Shown here: piece by piece, positions 1 to 11,877 of the stretch
Position numbering within the stretch: the stretch's first letter is position 1
Layout: each line of letters begins with the position of its first letter
Source of the DNA: Nemertoderma westbladi
Taxonomy: Eukaryota > Animalia > Xenacoelomorpha
Length of the DNA stretch: 64,000 nucleotides
Reading direction: 5' to 3'
Assembly (NCBI GenBank): GCA_032718475.1
Contig: JAUCBJ010006617.1
Span: 13,647-77,646, forward strand
Made by a program: the position numbers and the translations under genes
Notes under the pieces: model-generated
Databases searched by the model: none
The model's input: only the letters and a program-made list of their open reading frames with translations
Told to the model about the DNA's origin: nothing

Positions 1-1078
1 AATTATTGCAGCAATCAGATCAGTATACGATGGTTCGACAACATTTGTGTCTACTGTTGATGGTGACACAGAACCATTTGAAGTGTTATGGGGCGTCCTC
101 CGAGGAGACACACTTGCACCATTCTTGTTCATTATTTTGGTTGACTATGTTCTACGCATGTCCTTAGATCATCATAATGATGATTGGGTGATGATAACTC
201 CACCTACTGGCTCCAGAAGTCGAGGAAATCCTGCGAAGTACCTAACTGATCTAGACTTTGCTGATGACTTAGGAGTACTCTCAGAATCACTAGAGAGAGC
301 CCAACGGCTCCTCAGCTCATTAGAACATGCTGCTTCTAGTGTTGGTCTTTTTATTAACTATTTAAGACCCAAATTTTGACAGTTAACTTTGAAAGTCCTC
401 AGCAAGTCTCTGATCGGATGAGCATAAGCTCAAAGGATGGTATGCTTGAGCATGTGGACGACTTCTGTTACCTGGGATCATGGATCCGGAAGTCAGGTGA
501 GGACCTTCGAATACGTAAGGGAAAGGCATGGGCAGCCTTGAATAGGCTTTCCAGGATTTGGAAGTCACCGAGAATTAATCGGAAACTTAAGGTCCGATTA
601 TTTAGAGCAGCAGTAGTTCCAGTACTCCTCTACGGGAGTCCATGCTGGGCTCTAACTGCTGAGGACACCAAATCTCTGGATGGCACATTCACAAGAATGC
701 TACGCCGGGTTCATTGTGTCAAGTACAATGCACACATCTCCAACGAGACACTATATAACATTGGAGGTGTCTCATTGGTTCCCCCAAGCTTGACACTAGA
801 ACAAAATCGCCTCCGCTTTGCAGGACATTGCTTTCGCCGTGAGGACCAGCCAGTGCATAATCTTGTACTTTGGCAGCCTCATGGAGTGAATAAGCATGGT
901 GGACAGCCCATGACTTTCTTGAGACGCATCTTAAAGGACACTGGCCTTGAAGATGCGGATGATCTAGCAAATGTCATGGGTGATAGGGAGTTGTGGCGGT
1001 GCAATTTTGTTGACAAGCCGGCACAGCATTCTTAAAAATGCAGCTGCAATGCAGCATGCCGATCCTAGTAGTAGTAGT
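1..1078 (+). mobile_element. 3' part of an RTE-like non-LTR retrotransposon (RT domain and C-terminus), frameshifted, lying in a USP9X intron
   Basis: ORFs 47-379 and 376-1035 carry RT motifs VLRGDTLAPFLF, LDFADDL, CYLGS and RLRFAGH. The element ends in a (TAG)n tail at 1066-1078 and is near-identical to 10562-11877. Confidence 0.9.
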
Positions 1079-1578
1079 GCAGGTGATTCTATTCTGGCTA
1101 TCTAATCACTACGTTGATTTCTGTTGTTTATATGTCTGTATGTCTGTCAGTAAGTAACTATGTATGTCCGTTACACCGTGTTATTAAAATAAAACAATCA
1201 GGAAGTTTTTTTACTTATATTCTCTCTCCCAAACACTAAATGCTATCACACATCCAATAAATTCCTAGTACCCTATAAACTTTCGCGCCCATGTGAAGAA
1301 TGCCAGGATTTCACTTTTCGGTCGACTTTTTATTGGAAATTTATATATGAAGATTTTTTATTTTTTTTAATTTATCTTTATTAAGTGTTTTATAGCGCTT
1401 ATTTCTGTCTTATAACCTGTACATATACTAATTCGTTTATTGTTTTGGTTAGATTCAGCCCTTCTGCAACCTGTGTTTTTGGTGAAAACCTGGTATTCTT
1501 CACATGGGGGTAACTGCAAAGTGAAATATAACGGCAGAAAGTATTGTATTCTTCACATGGGCCAACTTTCGGGACACA

Positions 1579-2222
1579 GGTACTCTCACCAGATGGTGAA
1601 ACTGAGTTTTTCTCAATCCTGGCTGGCGTACTGCAAGGTGACACATTAGCACCATTACTATTTGTAATTGTGCTGGATTACGCAATGAGGACGGCCACAA
1701 AGGGTGAAGATCTGGGATTCACACTTCAAGAACGCAGAAGTAGTAGATATCCGGCAACTACAGTCACAGACACCGACTTTGCGGATGACATCGCCCTGCT
1801 CTCTAATACGCTAGCAGATGCACAGCTTCTACTAAATAAAGTGGAGAGGGCTGCTAAGGAGGTTGGATTGCATATAAATGCTACCAAAGACCGAATTCAT
1901 GACCTTTAATGTTGATGGAAACTTGACAACCATTGATAATAATCAACTAAGGAAGGTCGATGACTTCCAGTACCTTGGATCATGGATAGAGAGTAGCAAA
2001 AAGGACATAGAAGTTAGGAAAGCAAAGGCTTGGGTAGCTCTATCAAAAATGGATACCATCTGGAAATCAGATCTCTCCAGGCACCTGAAGACTAAGTTCT
2101 TTCGAGCCACAGTGGAAAGTGTATTTTTATACGGCGGTGAGACCTGGACACTGACTAAATCACTTGAACAACGAATTGATGGTTGCTACACAAGACTACT
2201 AAACCAAGGGCAGCCCTAAACA
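1579..2222 (+). mobile_element. Fragment of a second RTE-like LINE family (RT domain), frameshifted
   Basis: ORFs 1544-1909 and 1878-2219: GVLQGDTLAP, DFADDIALL, QYLGSW, RKAKAW, DGCYTRLL. DNA is clearly diverged from the first family. Confidence 0.85.
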
Positions 2223-2236
2223 ATTTTCCTTTACAA

Positions 2237-2527
2237 TGTCCGAGTTCGCTTGACCTAGTAGTATTTGGAGAATCTGGAAGCCTGGAAGGATCTCATTTCC
2301 ACTGTCCGAGTTCGCTCGACCTAGTAGTAGTTGGAGAATCAGGAAGCCTGGAAGGATCTCATTTCCATTGTCCGAGTTCGCTCGACCTAGTAGTAGTTGG
2401 AGAATCGGGAAGCCTGGAAGGATCTCATTTCCACTGTCCGAGTTCGCTCGACCTAGTAGTAGTTGGAGAATCGGGAAGCCTGGAAGGATCTCATTTCCAC
2501 TGTCCGAGTTCGCTCGACCTAATAGTA
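2237..2527. repeat. 66-bp minisatellite, about 4.4 copies
   Basis: Unit tgtccgagttcgctcgacctagtagtagttggagaatcgggaagcctggaaggatctcatttccac; produces the 22-aa repeat in ORF 2183-2920. Confidence 0.95.
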
Positions 2528-2735
2528 ATCGTATTATTCCCATGGGAATATCCCCGGTTTCAAGTTTATAAAGTGTGCTATATCGTAATGGTAATGATGT
2601 TTTGTACAGGTAAAATAATTTTAAAAATTAATTCAATAACATACCGTTGCAACAACTTCAATCTTAAATTTGTGGTTGTATATAATATCTTAATAAATTT
2701 AAAAACAATTTCACAATTCTCAGGACATTTTTTTA

Positions 2736-2930
2736 GCCGTGAGGACCAGCCAGTGCATAATCTTGTGCTTTGGCAGCCTCATGGAGTGAATAAGCATGGT
2801 GGACAGCCCATGACTTTCTTGAGACGCATCTTAAAGGACACTGGCCTTGAAGATGCAGATGATCTAGCAAATGTCATGGGGGAGTTGTGGCGGTGCGACT
2901 TTGTTTATTGGACGGCATAGCATTCTTAAT
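2736..2930 (+). mobile_element. Short 3' fragment of the same RTE-like LINE family as 1-1078
   Basis: Near-identical to 836-1035 (REDQPVHNLVLWQPHG...). Confidence 0.9.
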
Positions 2931-3124
2931 GCACGCTTCATTGGGCTTGCCAATTGTGGATTGCATGGAGGTGGCAAAATGGTTTTATTAAGCCGGCATA
3001 GCATCTCAATGTGCAGTTTTAATGCAGCAGGCCTATTATAGTAATTGTTACTATTAATTAATTACTGACGTTATCAGTAAGGTAAGTAAGACAAATGGCA
3101 ACCTATTGATATTATCTCTTCCAG

Positions 3125-3308
3125 GGAGTACGTCTCTCAGTACGACCAGGGATACACTGACGAACGAATTCACGTCCCTCTCGGCCGGGCCTGTAAGGGG
3201 AAACATCTGATGTTGGTAATCCGATTGGTTGTCCCGACCAGATCCGGTGCAGAAGATTTCGATTTGTGGTGCCACACCAACGAGACTTTGGGACATCTTA
3301 GGAGACAG
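3125..3308 (+). CDS. USP9X: Penultimate coding exon of a USP9X/fat facets-like ubiquitin-specific protease
   Basis: Acceptor tctcttccag|G and donor CAG|gtaagg. Translates EYVSQYDQGYTDERIHVPLGRACKGKHLMLVIR...DLWCHTNETLGHLRRQ, matching the recalled USP9X segment, and joins in phase 0 to 4397. Confidence 0.85.
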
Positions 3309-4396
3309 GTAAGGGTAAATGTTACTGTCGAATTTAATTGGGATTTGAATTCTGCAAGCAGTTTTCTCATATCTTTTCACAATCTCAAGTTAATAGCCAA
3401 AACGTAAGAGCTAGTCTGATTTTTGACAAGCCTTCGAGCAGCACGATATTTTACAATTTTATAACGCCCTTTTCATCAAAAAGGCTCTCATGGTACAGAC
3501 ATGAATAAAATTGCTAAATAGTTGTTTTATTAGTTATATTTTTAGCAAGGATGAATAATATCGTTTAATTTCATTCATTTTGACAAAGTCATTGTTGAAC
3601 AAAGAAAAATGGTATTATCTAAAATAGCGGGAAGGTTTAAATTGTTCCTTAAACTTTAAACACCTTTATGACATTTACGATTTATGACTTCATGACAGAA
3701 TGACATTTTTTCATTAAGAAAAGCTATTTCTCCAATAATTTTATCTGAAATGAGTTGAAATTCGATACACTTGTTGAGAATAGCTTTATCCATAATTCTT
3801 TTGAACAAATTTGGCTGAAAATGCTCTGCAGCCTTTTTGAATCAAAAAGGCCCAAAAATAGCCCTTATGGCCTTTTTATTCCAAAACGGCCCCAATCCAT
3901 TTTCATTATTCACCCCCGTCGATGTTTAGTAGCACATAAAATAATTTCCACCAAATTTTAGGGTCCAGAGACCCCGAAATGTGGGTCCCCCCCCCCCCCT
4001 TCAACCAAACCAAATGGCTGAAAAAGGGGTGATTTTTAATTAAGTTTTGTATTGCCAAAATTTATACATCACTTTGTTGAGCTTATTATTTTATTGTTAT
4101 TATTATTATTTTATTGATTAAAAATTGTACTATTTATCATTCTAATTATGTATTAAAATAATAATAATTTATTAAAAAAACTGTATAAATCACATTTAAT
4201 GGAATTATTTCTTTATGAATTTTAACTTAAAATTCTAAAAAAATTTCCGATTTGATACGATACGGTTTGATAGAGTAATTTTCCGTCTAAATAACTAGCT
4301 GGGGATGTTAATCCATACCAGATACCTGACCTACTACCACAACTAGCATAATGTTTGAAAATGTTAATAATGATGACCATAATATTATCATTATAG
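3309..4396 (+). other. GT-AG spliceosomal intron (1088 bp) of the USP9X-like gene
   Basis: Starts gtaagg, ends ttatag, AT-rich, and removal preserves the reading frame. Confidence 0.85.
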
Positions 4397-7300
4397 GTGC
4401 TTTCTCGTGTAAAGATAACCAGCGCTGCTACAAAGTTGGAATTATCAGTTAATAATGACATTCTAGAACCGGGTCTGGATCGAAGACTGGTCGGGGAGAT
4501 TGGCCTTCGAGACAAGATGGTAGTCCATGCCAAACTGTATAGCAAAGTAGTGAGTTCTTCAGACAGCTCCAGTGATAGCAGTGTTGGGTGTTCCCCTGAA
4601 GGTATCAGCAATGCCGCTGCAGAGGACTGCCTACCGGGGGTCATTATGGCGAAACATCCATCCCAGATACACTTCATCCACCAACTCTTTGATTTGGCTT
4701 GTCTCCAAAAACTCTGTGATCTCCGTGACTCATGCCAGCACTTACTGAAACTCCTCCCCCCTGGCCAACAGACAGTAGACATGATCAGGTCAGTTTGTCT
4801 GGATCTTTCAGCCTGTAAAGTTCCTGAAAGTAAGAGAACTCTCCCGAGTCTAGAATCGTTATTCTTCGATCCCTCTATTAGTAAAACTCTGTATCTTCTG
4901 GAAGTAGTCTACTCTCTCCTAATGCCTGCTGTAACAACTTACACATGCGATCCAGTTGAATTCCAGAAGAATTTCATCAAAAGTGGGGGAATTCCGCTAA
5001 TGTTAAAAATTCTAGCAACAAATAAGTCTGAATTTCTTTCCAAAGGGGACCACACTTGTTTGCGGGCTGGGTTCCATCAACTCGTTAAAATAGCCAAGTT
5101 TTTCCTTACTGTTGTTGCCTCTGCATTCTGTCAACATCAGCTAAAGGTTTGTCGAGAAGATGAGACTGCAATGTCACATGCTACAATGTTACAACAAGCA
5201 TTACATCACATTCCCAACCCAAATACAGAGTGTATGCTCCGACAGGTTGCTGGTAGACTTGCAGCCCTCCCGATGCCAGATACAATACGCCATCTTCCGG
5301 ATGCAGCTGTTATCCGTGGAATTGTCCGGATTATCTGGTGTGCGGCCATTGCTGATTTCTCCTACCTCGGATCGACGTTGGAGGAACTCCACAGCATCTT
5401 CGGTTCGGTTTCATCTGACCCTGAACGGGCCGAAGACCTTGATTCTGTGGTTGTTTGTCGGGAATCATTAGAACTTCTCACTATATCACTAACAATCTGC
5501 CCCTCTGCTGTAGACCTTCTTATGAAGGATCGATTATGGCAACTTTTTATCATTGATGTACTGCTGGTAGCCAATATTCGAGTTATTCGCCAATCAGCCG
5601 CAGAGCAATTCCTTCTAATTGGTTCCAAATGTTCTATAACTCACCGCGTCTTATTGTTCTTCATCACTCTCCTTTTCACACAACTGAACTCGAAGGTTCG
5701 AGAATTTCCCTACAACTCTGCCGAATATTTCTCCCTTCTCTGTCGTCTTCTCAGTATGGCTTGTAATGTAAACATAGCCATCGTAAATGCGGAGTCGCAT
5801 CTCTCATCAGAAATAGCGTGGCTGAAGTTAGTCCAGTCTGGCTTTGAAGATGCGGGTAACACACAAGAGTGTCCTGAAGAGTTATTAGAGGGCCATTTAG
5901 GGGTAACCAGAGAACTCCTAAATTTTATGCCTCCAGATAAGAAATATATAGTTGGATCAGATGAGAATGGGCATAAACTAATTGCAACATTGTTTGATTT
6001 CTTTATATTTCCCGCATCCCGACTAGTTTTGAAGGAGAGGAATATTGATCCAAAATCGAGGAATTCCTCTGATTGGAACATTGTCACCAATGCATCACCT
6101 ATATGTCAATCACAAGGGTCTCTTAGCGCCGCTTTCGATTTACTCATCGCTCTCTCTCATAACTGCCTGCCGAATCTTCAACTTATTGCAGATAATCTGG
6201 TAGAGATGTATTATAAGGACCCTTCCCAAAGTCTCTGTGAGTGGGAGTACACACCCCCAGTGGGACCCCGCCCGGGTAGAGGGTTTGTCGGCTTAAAGAA
6301 TGCTGGGGCCACATGTTACATGAACTCAGTTATTCAGCAACTGTTTATGATTGAACCGCTTAGGAAAGGAACCTTGTCAGCTCAAGGGGCTATGACATCC
6401 TATGAAGATGATTCCGTTAATGATGACTACAAATTTCCCACCAATCCGGTAGAAGTAGTAGTTGATGAGATTCCACCACAAGCTGAAACTACAAACCTCA
6501 GCCGGGCTGATTACAACATGGGGATTCTAAAACATATTCAAGCTATATTCGGCCATCTTATTGCCTCTAAGTTGCAGTATTATGTACCGTCCGGATTTTG
6601 GAAACATTTCAAATTCTTTGGAGAACCAGTTAATTTGAGGGAGCAACATGATGCTTTGGAATTCTTTAACAGCCTTGTTGATTCTGTTGATGAAGCTCTT
6701 AAGAGTTTGGATTGCGAACCATATTGTAGTAAATATTTAGGTGGAACTTTCGCTGATCAAAAAATTTGTAAGGATTGCCCACATAGATATTCTAGGGAAG
6801 AAAGTTTTACTTCACTAAATGTTGATATCCGAAACCATCAGAATCTAGTGGATTCATTAGAGCAATATGTTAAGGGTGATCTGTTGGAAGGAGCAAATGC
6901 TTATTACTGTGAGAAGTGTGCACGTAAAGTTGACACAGTAAAGCGACTTTGTATAAAGAAATTACCAAAAGTGTTAGCGATCCAGCTGAAACGTTTTGAT
7001 TATGATTGGGAACGAGAAACAGCAGTTAAATTTAATGATTATTTTGAGTTCCCAAGGGAGTTTGATGTGGCCCCTTATACGGTGCGCGGATTGGCCCAGA
7101 TGGAGGGGGACTTGGATGCCGATGTGAGCACAGAGGGAGATGACGATGATACCTCTACTTTATATAGACTTGTAGGTATCCTGGTGCACTCAGGACAGGC
7201 CACTGGTGGACATTACTACTCTTACATACTGGATCGTGATAAAGGCAGCTCCAGACTAGGCAAATGGTACAAGTTTGATGATGGTGATGTGACAGAGTGT

Positions 7301-9274
7301 CGCATGGACTGTGATGAAGAAATGAAGAACCAGTGTTTTGGTGGGGATTATATGGGTGAGGTATTTGATCAGATGATGAAACGGATGTCATTGAGACGAC
7401 AAAAACGATGGTGGAATGCTTATATATTGTTTTTCGAACGAATTATTGGTGACGGTTTTGGATCATCTTGTGACATCACACAATCCATGCAGGATCTTAG
7501 TGTTGATACTTTAGAGCAAACAATGCCACCCCCTATAGAATATATTGTACAGAAACAGAACATAATGTTTATGCATAATCGTATGCAATACCAGCCGGAG
7601 TATTTCCAGTTTATGAAGAAGTTTCTAACAATTAACAATGTTTACTTTCAGCAGCCTCAGAATCCAGAGCATGAGGCGATGGCACTGACAACCACGTTAT
7701 TGGCTTCACGGTTCCTCTTCATGACTGCCTTCCATGCCAAGAAGACACTGAGAGGTTCTGCTAATGAATGGTTTGATGTTCTATCATTTGTTCTCCGAGC
7801 GGGTAAATCAATACGATCTTGGTTTGCTGTCAATGTACTTTTCGCCTATCCCCAACGTTTTGCTGACTATCTTTTAGCCTGTCCTAGCAATGAAGTCCGC
7901 CATGCATTCAGTAAGATACTTGTCTTCCTCTGTCACTTCTCATTATCTGATGGTCCTGTAGAATTTTCTCCGTATCCAGAAGGTACTCCTGATCCCAGAC
8001 CACCTGAGGTTTCGTGGACTCTCACCGACTATATACTAGATGCTTGCCTTGCACTACTCAAGAAGGAAGTCTCTGAATACGGGCGCCATCTTAGTCAGTA
8101 CTTTAATATGTTCCAGATGTTTGCGAACCTTGGTTCAGCAGAACGGAACCAACTCATCCATCTTGATATCGCACGAACCTTCATGTTGGTAGCGGTGGAT
8201 GAAGGGCCAGGACCACCAATAAAGTACCAGTACGCAGAGCTGAATAAACTCTACGCAGTTGTATCCAACCTCATCCGCTGTTGTGATGTTGAATCAAAAT
8301 GCCAAAATTCCCAACCGGGTGTGCCAACTCTCCCTAACCCATACAGTGAGGCAGCAGGTACTTCAACTAATATTGCGGCCGCCTCTCCACACTTGGCAAC
8401 TCATGTTTTATCCCCAGGAGCATCAGAAATCATCTACAATAGGAGCAGTTATTTGAAAAAAGTTATTGAAGATGCATCACAAGCGGAGGACACAGTAAAA
8501 CTTCTTAGCTTTTGTTCTTGGGAGAACCCCCAGTTCTCATCATCTGTTCTAAACGAACTCCTCTGGCAGGTTTCCTACTCCTATACGTATGAGCTCCGTC
8601 CATATCTGGATCTGCTACTACAGATGTTATTGCTGGCGGATTCGTGGCAAAGTCATCGGATCCTCAACACATTGAAAGGGATTCCAGACGATAGAGATGG
8701 ACTGTTTGACACAATCCAACGCGCCAAGAACCACTACCAGAAGCGAGCCTACCAGTGCATCAAATTAATGGTTAATCTGTTCTCCTCATGTCCAAATGCT
8801 TTACAGATGCTACACGGCAATGGTGATTTAAAACGTAAATGGAGTTGCGCTATTGAATGGTTAGGAGACGAACTGGATCGGCGGCCGTATGGCGGCACAC
8901 AGTACAGCAGCTGGTCGCCTCCAGTTGCCCAGAGCAACGAGACCTCTAATGGTTACTTTCTGGAACGCTCTCAATCGGCCAAGTTTACGTTCCAGAAAGC
9001 CTGCGAGTTGTGCCCAGCCGAGGATCCTGTGGAAGTCCATAGTGAGGATGGCTCCGAGGTGGTGGCAAGGGATGTCAGAGATGTCAGCCCTGATCGAGTC
9101 TGTCACACAGAGGTCGATGAGGTTGTCGGACTCGATATACCTAGTTCTCCGCCCTCGCTACTCGCTTCCGCCACCCGCGAACAATCACCATCACCAACCT
9201 CGGAAACTAAACTCAATACAAACTACAAACTGAATAGTATGGATATGGACCTGGATAGAATCGCCAGGTCTTAG
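4397..9274 (+). CDS. USP9X: Terminal coding exon (1625 aa) of a USP9X/FAF-like deubiquitinase including the whole catalytic domain; 5' exons lie outside the window
   Basis: Cys box GLKNAGATCYMNS, REQHDALEF, His box LVHSGQATGGHYYSY, WYKFDD, KRWWNAY, DEGPGPPIKYQY, SNETSNGYFLERS. The GTG 'start' at 4397 is a splice acceptor, not a start codon. Confidence 0.95.
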   Translation: MLSRVKITSAATKLELSVNNDILEPGLDRRLVGEIGLRDKMVVHAKLYSKVVSSSDSSSDSSVGCSPEGISNAAAEDCLPGVIMAKHPSQIHFIHQLFDLACLQKLCDLRDSCQHLLKLLPPGQQTVDMIRSVCLDLSACKVPESKRTLPSLESLFFDPSISKTLYLLEVVYSLLMPAVTTYTCDPVEFQKNFIKSGGIPLMLKILATNKSEFLSKGDHTCLRAGFHQLVKIAKFFLTVVASAFCQHQLKVCREDETAMSHATMLQQALHHIPNPNTECMLRQVAGRLAALPMPDTIRHLPDAAVIRGIVRIIWCAAIADFSYLGSTLEELHSIFGSVSSDPERAEDLDSVVVCRESLELLTISLTICPSAVDLLMKDRLWQLFIIDVLLVANIRVIRQSAAEQFLLIGSKCSITHRVLLFFITLLFTQLNSKVREFPYNSAEYFSLLCRLLSMACNVNIAIVNAESHLSSEIAWLKLVQSGFEDAGNTQECPEELLEGHLGVTRELLNFMPPDKKYIVGSDENGHKLIATLFDFFIFPASRLVLKERNIDPKSRNSSDWNIVTNASPICQSQGSLSAAFDLLIALSHNCLPNLQLIADNLVEMYYKDPSQSLCEWEYTPPVGPRPGRGFVGLKNAGATCYMNSVIQQLFMIEPLRKGTLSAQGAMTSYEDDSVNDDYKFPTNPVEVVVDEIPPQAETTNLSRADYNMGILKHIQAIFGHLIASKLQYYVPSGFWKHFKFFGEPVNLREQHDALEFFNSLVDSVDEALKSLDCEPYCSKYLGGTFADQKICKDCPHRYSREESFTSLNVDIRNHQNLVDSLEQYVKGDLLEGANAYYCEKCARKVDTVKRLCIKKLPKVLAIQLKRFDYDWERETAVKFNDYFEFPREFDVAPYTVRGLAQMEGDLDADVSTEGDDDDTSTLYRLVGILVHSGQATGGHYYSYILDRDKGSSRLGKWYKFDDGDVTECRMDCDEEMKNQCFGGDYMGEVFDQMMKRMSLRRQKRWWNAYILFFERIIGDGFGSSCDITQSMQDLSVDTLEQTMPPPIEYIVQKQNIMFMHNRMQYQPEYFQFMKKFLTINNVYFQQPQNPEHEAMALTTTLLASRFLFMTAFHAKKTLRGSANEWFDVLSFVLRAGKSIRSWFAVNVLFAYPQRFADYLLACPSNEVRHAFSKILVFLCHFSLSDGPVEFSPYPEGTPDPRPPEVSWTLTDYILDACLALLKKEVSEYGRHLSQYFNMFQMFANLGSAERNQLIHLDIARTFMLVAVDEGPGPPIKYQYAELNKLYAVVSNLIRCCDVESKCQNSQPGVPTLPNPYSEAAGTSTNIAAASPHLATHVLSPGASEIIYNRSSYLKKVIEDASQAEDTVKLLSFCSWENPQFSSSVLNELLWQVSYSYTYELRPYLDLLLQMLLLADSWQSHRILNTLKGIPDDRDGLFDTIQRAKNHYQKRAYQCIKLMVNLFSSCPNALQMLHGNGDLKRKWSCAIEWLGDELDRRPYGGTQYSSWSPPVAQSNETSNGYFLERSQSAKFTFQKACELCPAEDPVEVHSEDGSEVVARDVRDVSPDRVCHTEVDEVVGLDIPSSPPSLLASATREQSPSPTSETKLNTNYKLNSMDMDLDRIARS

Positions 9275-9528
9275 TAAAGACCACCACACCATGACTATAA
9301 GTTATTAGCTGAAGCACATCTGGTTTATTAATTGTAACAATTTAATTAACAATATAAAGTTTATTTCATTGTGCTTCTTATTGTTATACCATAACTATAA
9401 ATAGTTATTTATATATCCTTAGTGTTAATTGAATCAATATTAGCAGTCTCGGTATAATATTAGAAACTCTTTCCTTATTTTACATCTGTTTCTATGTTTC
9501 CTCCAGATATTACCTGTTATTTTTACGC

Positions 9529-9539
9529 AATAAAATAAA
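9529..9539 (+). promoter_or_regulatory. Candidate polyadenylation signal(s) of the USP9X-like gene
   Basis: Overlapping AATAAA hexamers about 255 nt after the stop codon. Confidence 0.4.
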
Positions 9540-10360
9540 AACGAAACGAAATGAAACAAAGCGAAGCGAAGCATGTTAGGCACTACAAATACGATACAAC
9601 AAAATGTAAATTAAATGAAAATATATATTCAATAACTAAATGAAACCAAAAAAAAAACAATAGGATTGGTGCAGGAAAAAATTGTTGGGCCAGAAACAAT
9701 TGAATAATGGGTAACAAGGTGCCCTGAATCGAATTGTGGGGTGTGTCTTTGTAAAAACACGTGGGAAAGGTCGAAATGGCGGGTTTAAGTGAGCGCGGGA
9801 AGTCAATTTTAAAAATCGGCTGTGATTGGCTGCTATAGAAAAAAAAAATTTTATTACTATAATATATTTTGTTACAATTATTGTCAAAAAATAGGGTAAT
9901 ATGTATATAATTTTAATGACGTTATATATAGTTAATAATACTAAACAAAAAATGGCATAAGAACACAAACAACAACAATATAGATGTCCAACATTGTTTC
10001 TCATAATCTAAATTAAATTAAACTTAGTGCATAAGTTCTAAAGAGTATTATTCATACTTTGAATAGACATTAAACATTCACCGCCTTATTGTGGCCAAGG
10101 TAAGAAGAGCTAGCAGAACAATGAAATCTGCCTGGCATGACTGGTCCTCTCTGTTGCAACAGCCAAGTGTGATATCCAGCTTCACACTACAGCTGAGCAA
10201 CAGGTATGAGGTTCTTGCTGATGGATTATTTCACTGTTAGGTAGCAATTTGTAGTATAACGTAAAAACTTTCTAAAAACCGACGTATTTTGACTTAATTG
10301 TAGTAATGTAATATGCCTATTCCTATTAGTCCATGTTAGTTCATCGGTGACTCTATTTTG

Positions 10361-10430
10361 CGCAGTGGTCAGATGGGTTAAGGCGTTGGTTTCATTGTAG
10401 GTAGCTTACGGGTTCGAATCCCAGTCGGGA
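10361..10430 (+). mobile_element. tRNA-derived SINE head or tRNA pseudogene remnant
   Basis: A-box-like TGGTCAGATGGG and B-box GGTTCGAATCCC (10411-10422) at tRNA-like spacing; no convincing acceptor or anticodon stem. Confidence 0.55.
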
Positions 10431-10561
10431 ATTTGCATTTTTGGGCTATTAATTTTCCATTTGATTAAAATAGATAGGCCAATGAGGTGCGTACAACATG
10501 TGGAATGATGAGTTGGGCCAATCATAGGGCATCGAACATCTTATTGCTCCAATGTGAGGCC

Positions 10562-11877
10562 ATGGATTCGCATCAGGGATCCCATTGAGAGACTGCTCCG
10601 TGGAAATCAGAATGGGTTCCGTAAAGGTCGTGGGACCATGGAGCCCATTTTGGCACTTAGAAGGATAATTGAAGAATTATCAAAAAAGAAAGACAGGCAT
10701 CTGGCTGTTATCTTTGTTGACTTCTTCAAGGCCTTTGATTCAGTCTCTCGTTCACGTATTTTCAGCATACTTTCATTATATGGGATTCCTGATGAAATTA
10801 TTGCAGCAATCAGATCAGTATACGATGGTTCGACAACATTTGTGTCTACTGTTGACGGTGACTCAGAACCATTTGAAATGTTATGGGGAGTCCTCCAAGG
10901 AGACACACTTGCACCATTCTTGTTCATAATTGTTGTTGACTATGTTCTACGCATGTCCTTAGATCATCATAATGATGATGGGGTGATGATAACTCCACCT
11001 ACTGGCTCCAGAAGTCGAGGAAATCCTGCCAAGTACCTAACTGATCTAGACTTTGCTGATGACTTAGGAGTACTCTCAGAACCACTAGAGGGAGCCCAAC
11101 GGCTCCTCAGCTCATTAGAACATGCTGCTTCTAGTGTTGGTCTTTTTATTAACTCCAGAAAGACCAAAGTTTTGACAGTTAACTTTGAAAGTCCTCAGCA
11201 AGTCTCTGATCGGATGAGCATAAGCTCAAAGGATGGTATGCTTGAGCATGTGGACGACTTCTGTTACAGTACCTGGGATCATGGATCCGGAAGTCAGGTG
11301 AGGACCTTCGAATACGTAAGGGAAAGACATGGGCAGCCTTGAATAGGCTTTCCAGGATTTGGAAGTCACCGAGAATTAATCGGAAACTTAAGGTCCGATT
11401 ATTTAGAGCAGCAGTAGTTCCAGTACTCCTCTATGGGAGTCCATGCTGGGCTCTAACTGCTGAGAACACCAAATCTCTGGATGGCACATTCACAAGAATG
11501 CTACGCCGGGTTCATTGTGTCAAGTACAATGCACACATCTCCAACGAGACACTATATAACATTGGAGGTGTCTCATTGGTTCCGCCAAGCTTGACACTAG
11601 AACAAAATCGCCCCGCTTTGCAGGACATTGCTTTCGCCGAGAGGACCAGCCAGTGCATAATCTCGTACTTTGGCAGCCTCATGGAGTGAATAAGCATGGT
11701 GGACAGCCCATGACTTTCTTGAGACGCATCTTAAAGGACACTGGCCTTGAAGATGCGGATAATCTAGCAAATGTCATGGGTGATAGGGAGTTGTGGCGGA
11801 GCAATTTTGTCGATAAGCCGGCACAGCATTCTTAAAAATGCAGTTGCAATGCAGCATGCCGATCCCAGTAGTAGTAT
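10562..11877 (+). mobile_element. 5'-truncated RTE-like LINE, same family as 1-1078
   Basis: NQNGFRKGR, FVDFFKAFDSV, VLQGDTLAP, DFADD; frameshifts near 11268 and 11610; (AGT)n tail at about 11867-11877. Confidence 0.9.

Noticed and set aside
4397-9274. Processed pseudogene of USP9X
   Set aside because: The ORF and catalytic motifs are intact and an upstream exon with canonical splice sites joins in frame.
10361-10430. Functional tRNA gene
   Set aside because: A and B boxes are present but I could not build the cloverleaf stems.
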